A stretch of DNA of 64,000 bases from Camelus ferus. Taxonomy: Eukaryota. The translations under genes and the position numbers were made by a program. Under the pieces are notes generated by a model, which saw only the letters and a list, made by a program, of their open reading frames with translations, was not told the origin of the DNA and did not search any database. Each line of letters opens with the position of its first letter. Positions within the stretch are counted from its first letter, which is position 1. Of this stretch, positions 63,124-64,000 are shown piece by piece. The DNA is taken from positions 54,622,001-54,686,000 of the forward strand of contig NC_045705.1 of assembly GCF_009834535.1 (NCBI RefSeq), given 5' to 3'.

Positions 63124-64000
63124 AGTGATGTTTTAATTTTATAATTGTCTGTTTACTTCTATGACCCACTTACTGGGAGCACCAACTAAACAGCAGCACG
63201 TACGTTTACTGTTTTACTCTCAGAGCTCAGTATACACATGTTCCCTGATGGAATGTAAAAATAAATCAAAGAAAAATTAAATTAAAAAGAAGGGTAAATA
63301 ATAATTACAAAATTGTCCAAGTGTAGTGACTGGGAGAATAAGTCTGTGTTTTATTCTAAGTAAACCTTGAGTTAAGAATTTCATCGTGTTAACATACCAT
63401 GTAGGGGTCTGGAGTTGTCTTAGGGTCTGTAGGTGACTCTCAGCTAACCAGCTCAGCACATTTTTAACAGGCTCTGATCTTTGATCCATGCTCTGCATAG
63501 TTTGGACTTGCACGCTGAGTAGGGTGTCCGAGTGCTCAAGTGCACCTCTACCTCTTTTTATGGACTCATGGTTGCATCATTCATGTTTTGTTGTTGGTAC
63601 TCAGAATGCCCTCATATGGTACACGACTGGTCATGTAAGTTGTTTAAAACTTTGGAGAACAGCCAATTGTTATCACTTTTGGGTGAGTTGTTTATATCAG
63701 TGTATGCAAATTAACTCTCACAAACAACATTTAATTAGCACTGAAAGGGTAGCCACGTTTGTATCTTTTGATGGCATTTTGGATAACCATTCAGGTGGGC
63801 TTTGAAGTTAAAATTTGGGGGACCTTTTGGGAAAAATGTACTTACAAACAAAAGAGCACTTTGGGGAGGAAATTAGTGGAAAACATCTTTGCCGTGTTTT
63901 TTGTCACTTTTATTAGGGAGAAGGAAGCATCCTTCATAAGAGTTCAGTTCATACATTATCGTTTGAGAGCATCATGCTAGATAGATACCTTGCTGTCTAA

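Noticed and set aside
63704-63740. Octamer ATGCAAAT with nearby TTAATTAG
   Set aside because: Single short motifs in AT-rich sequence with no paralogous counterpart; cannot be supported without conservation data.

Overview
Mammalian genomic DNA, almost certainly a camelid (five copies of the tRNA-Ala-derived Vic-1-type SINE). It is syntenic, in reverse orientation, with the human 11p15.4 / mouse chr7 olfactory receptor (OR) cluster. From left to right: a CpG-island promoter firing leftward (ZNF215 by synteny only; no coding exon in the window), then OR2D3 (-), OR2D2 (+), OR10A4 (-), OR10A2-like (-) and OR10A5-like (-), embedded in L1, L2, MIR, LTR and hAT repeats. OR10A4 and OR10A5 are intact. 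The other three are broken only by single-base insertions (four in total), which look like sequence errors. The best finding is a homeodomain-site-dense island at about 47.44-47.67 kb between OR10A2 and OR10A5. It carries an exact copy of the 13-mer AACTTTTTAATGA that I recall being shared by the mouse H and P OR enhancers and the P3 promoter, so it is probably the camelid P element. The OR10A2 and OR10A5 units are an old tandem duplication with two sharply bounded near-identical tracts (the CDS and an upstream ~530 bp block with splice donors), suggesting gene conversion. No prokaryotic-type system or CRISPR array is present. Gene and repeat names come from recalled sequences, not database searches, and repeat boundaries are approximate unless TSDs or termini are quoted.
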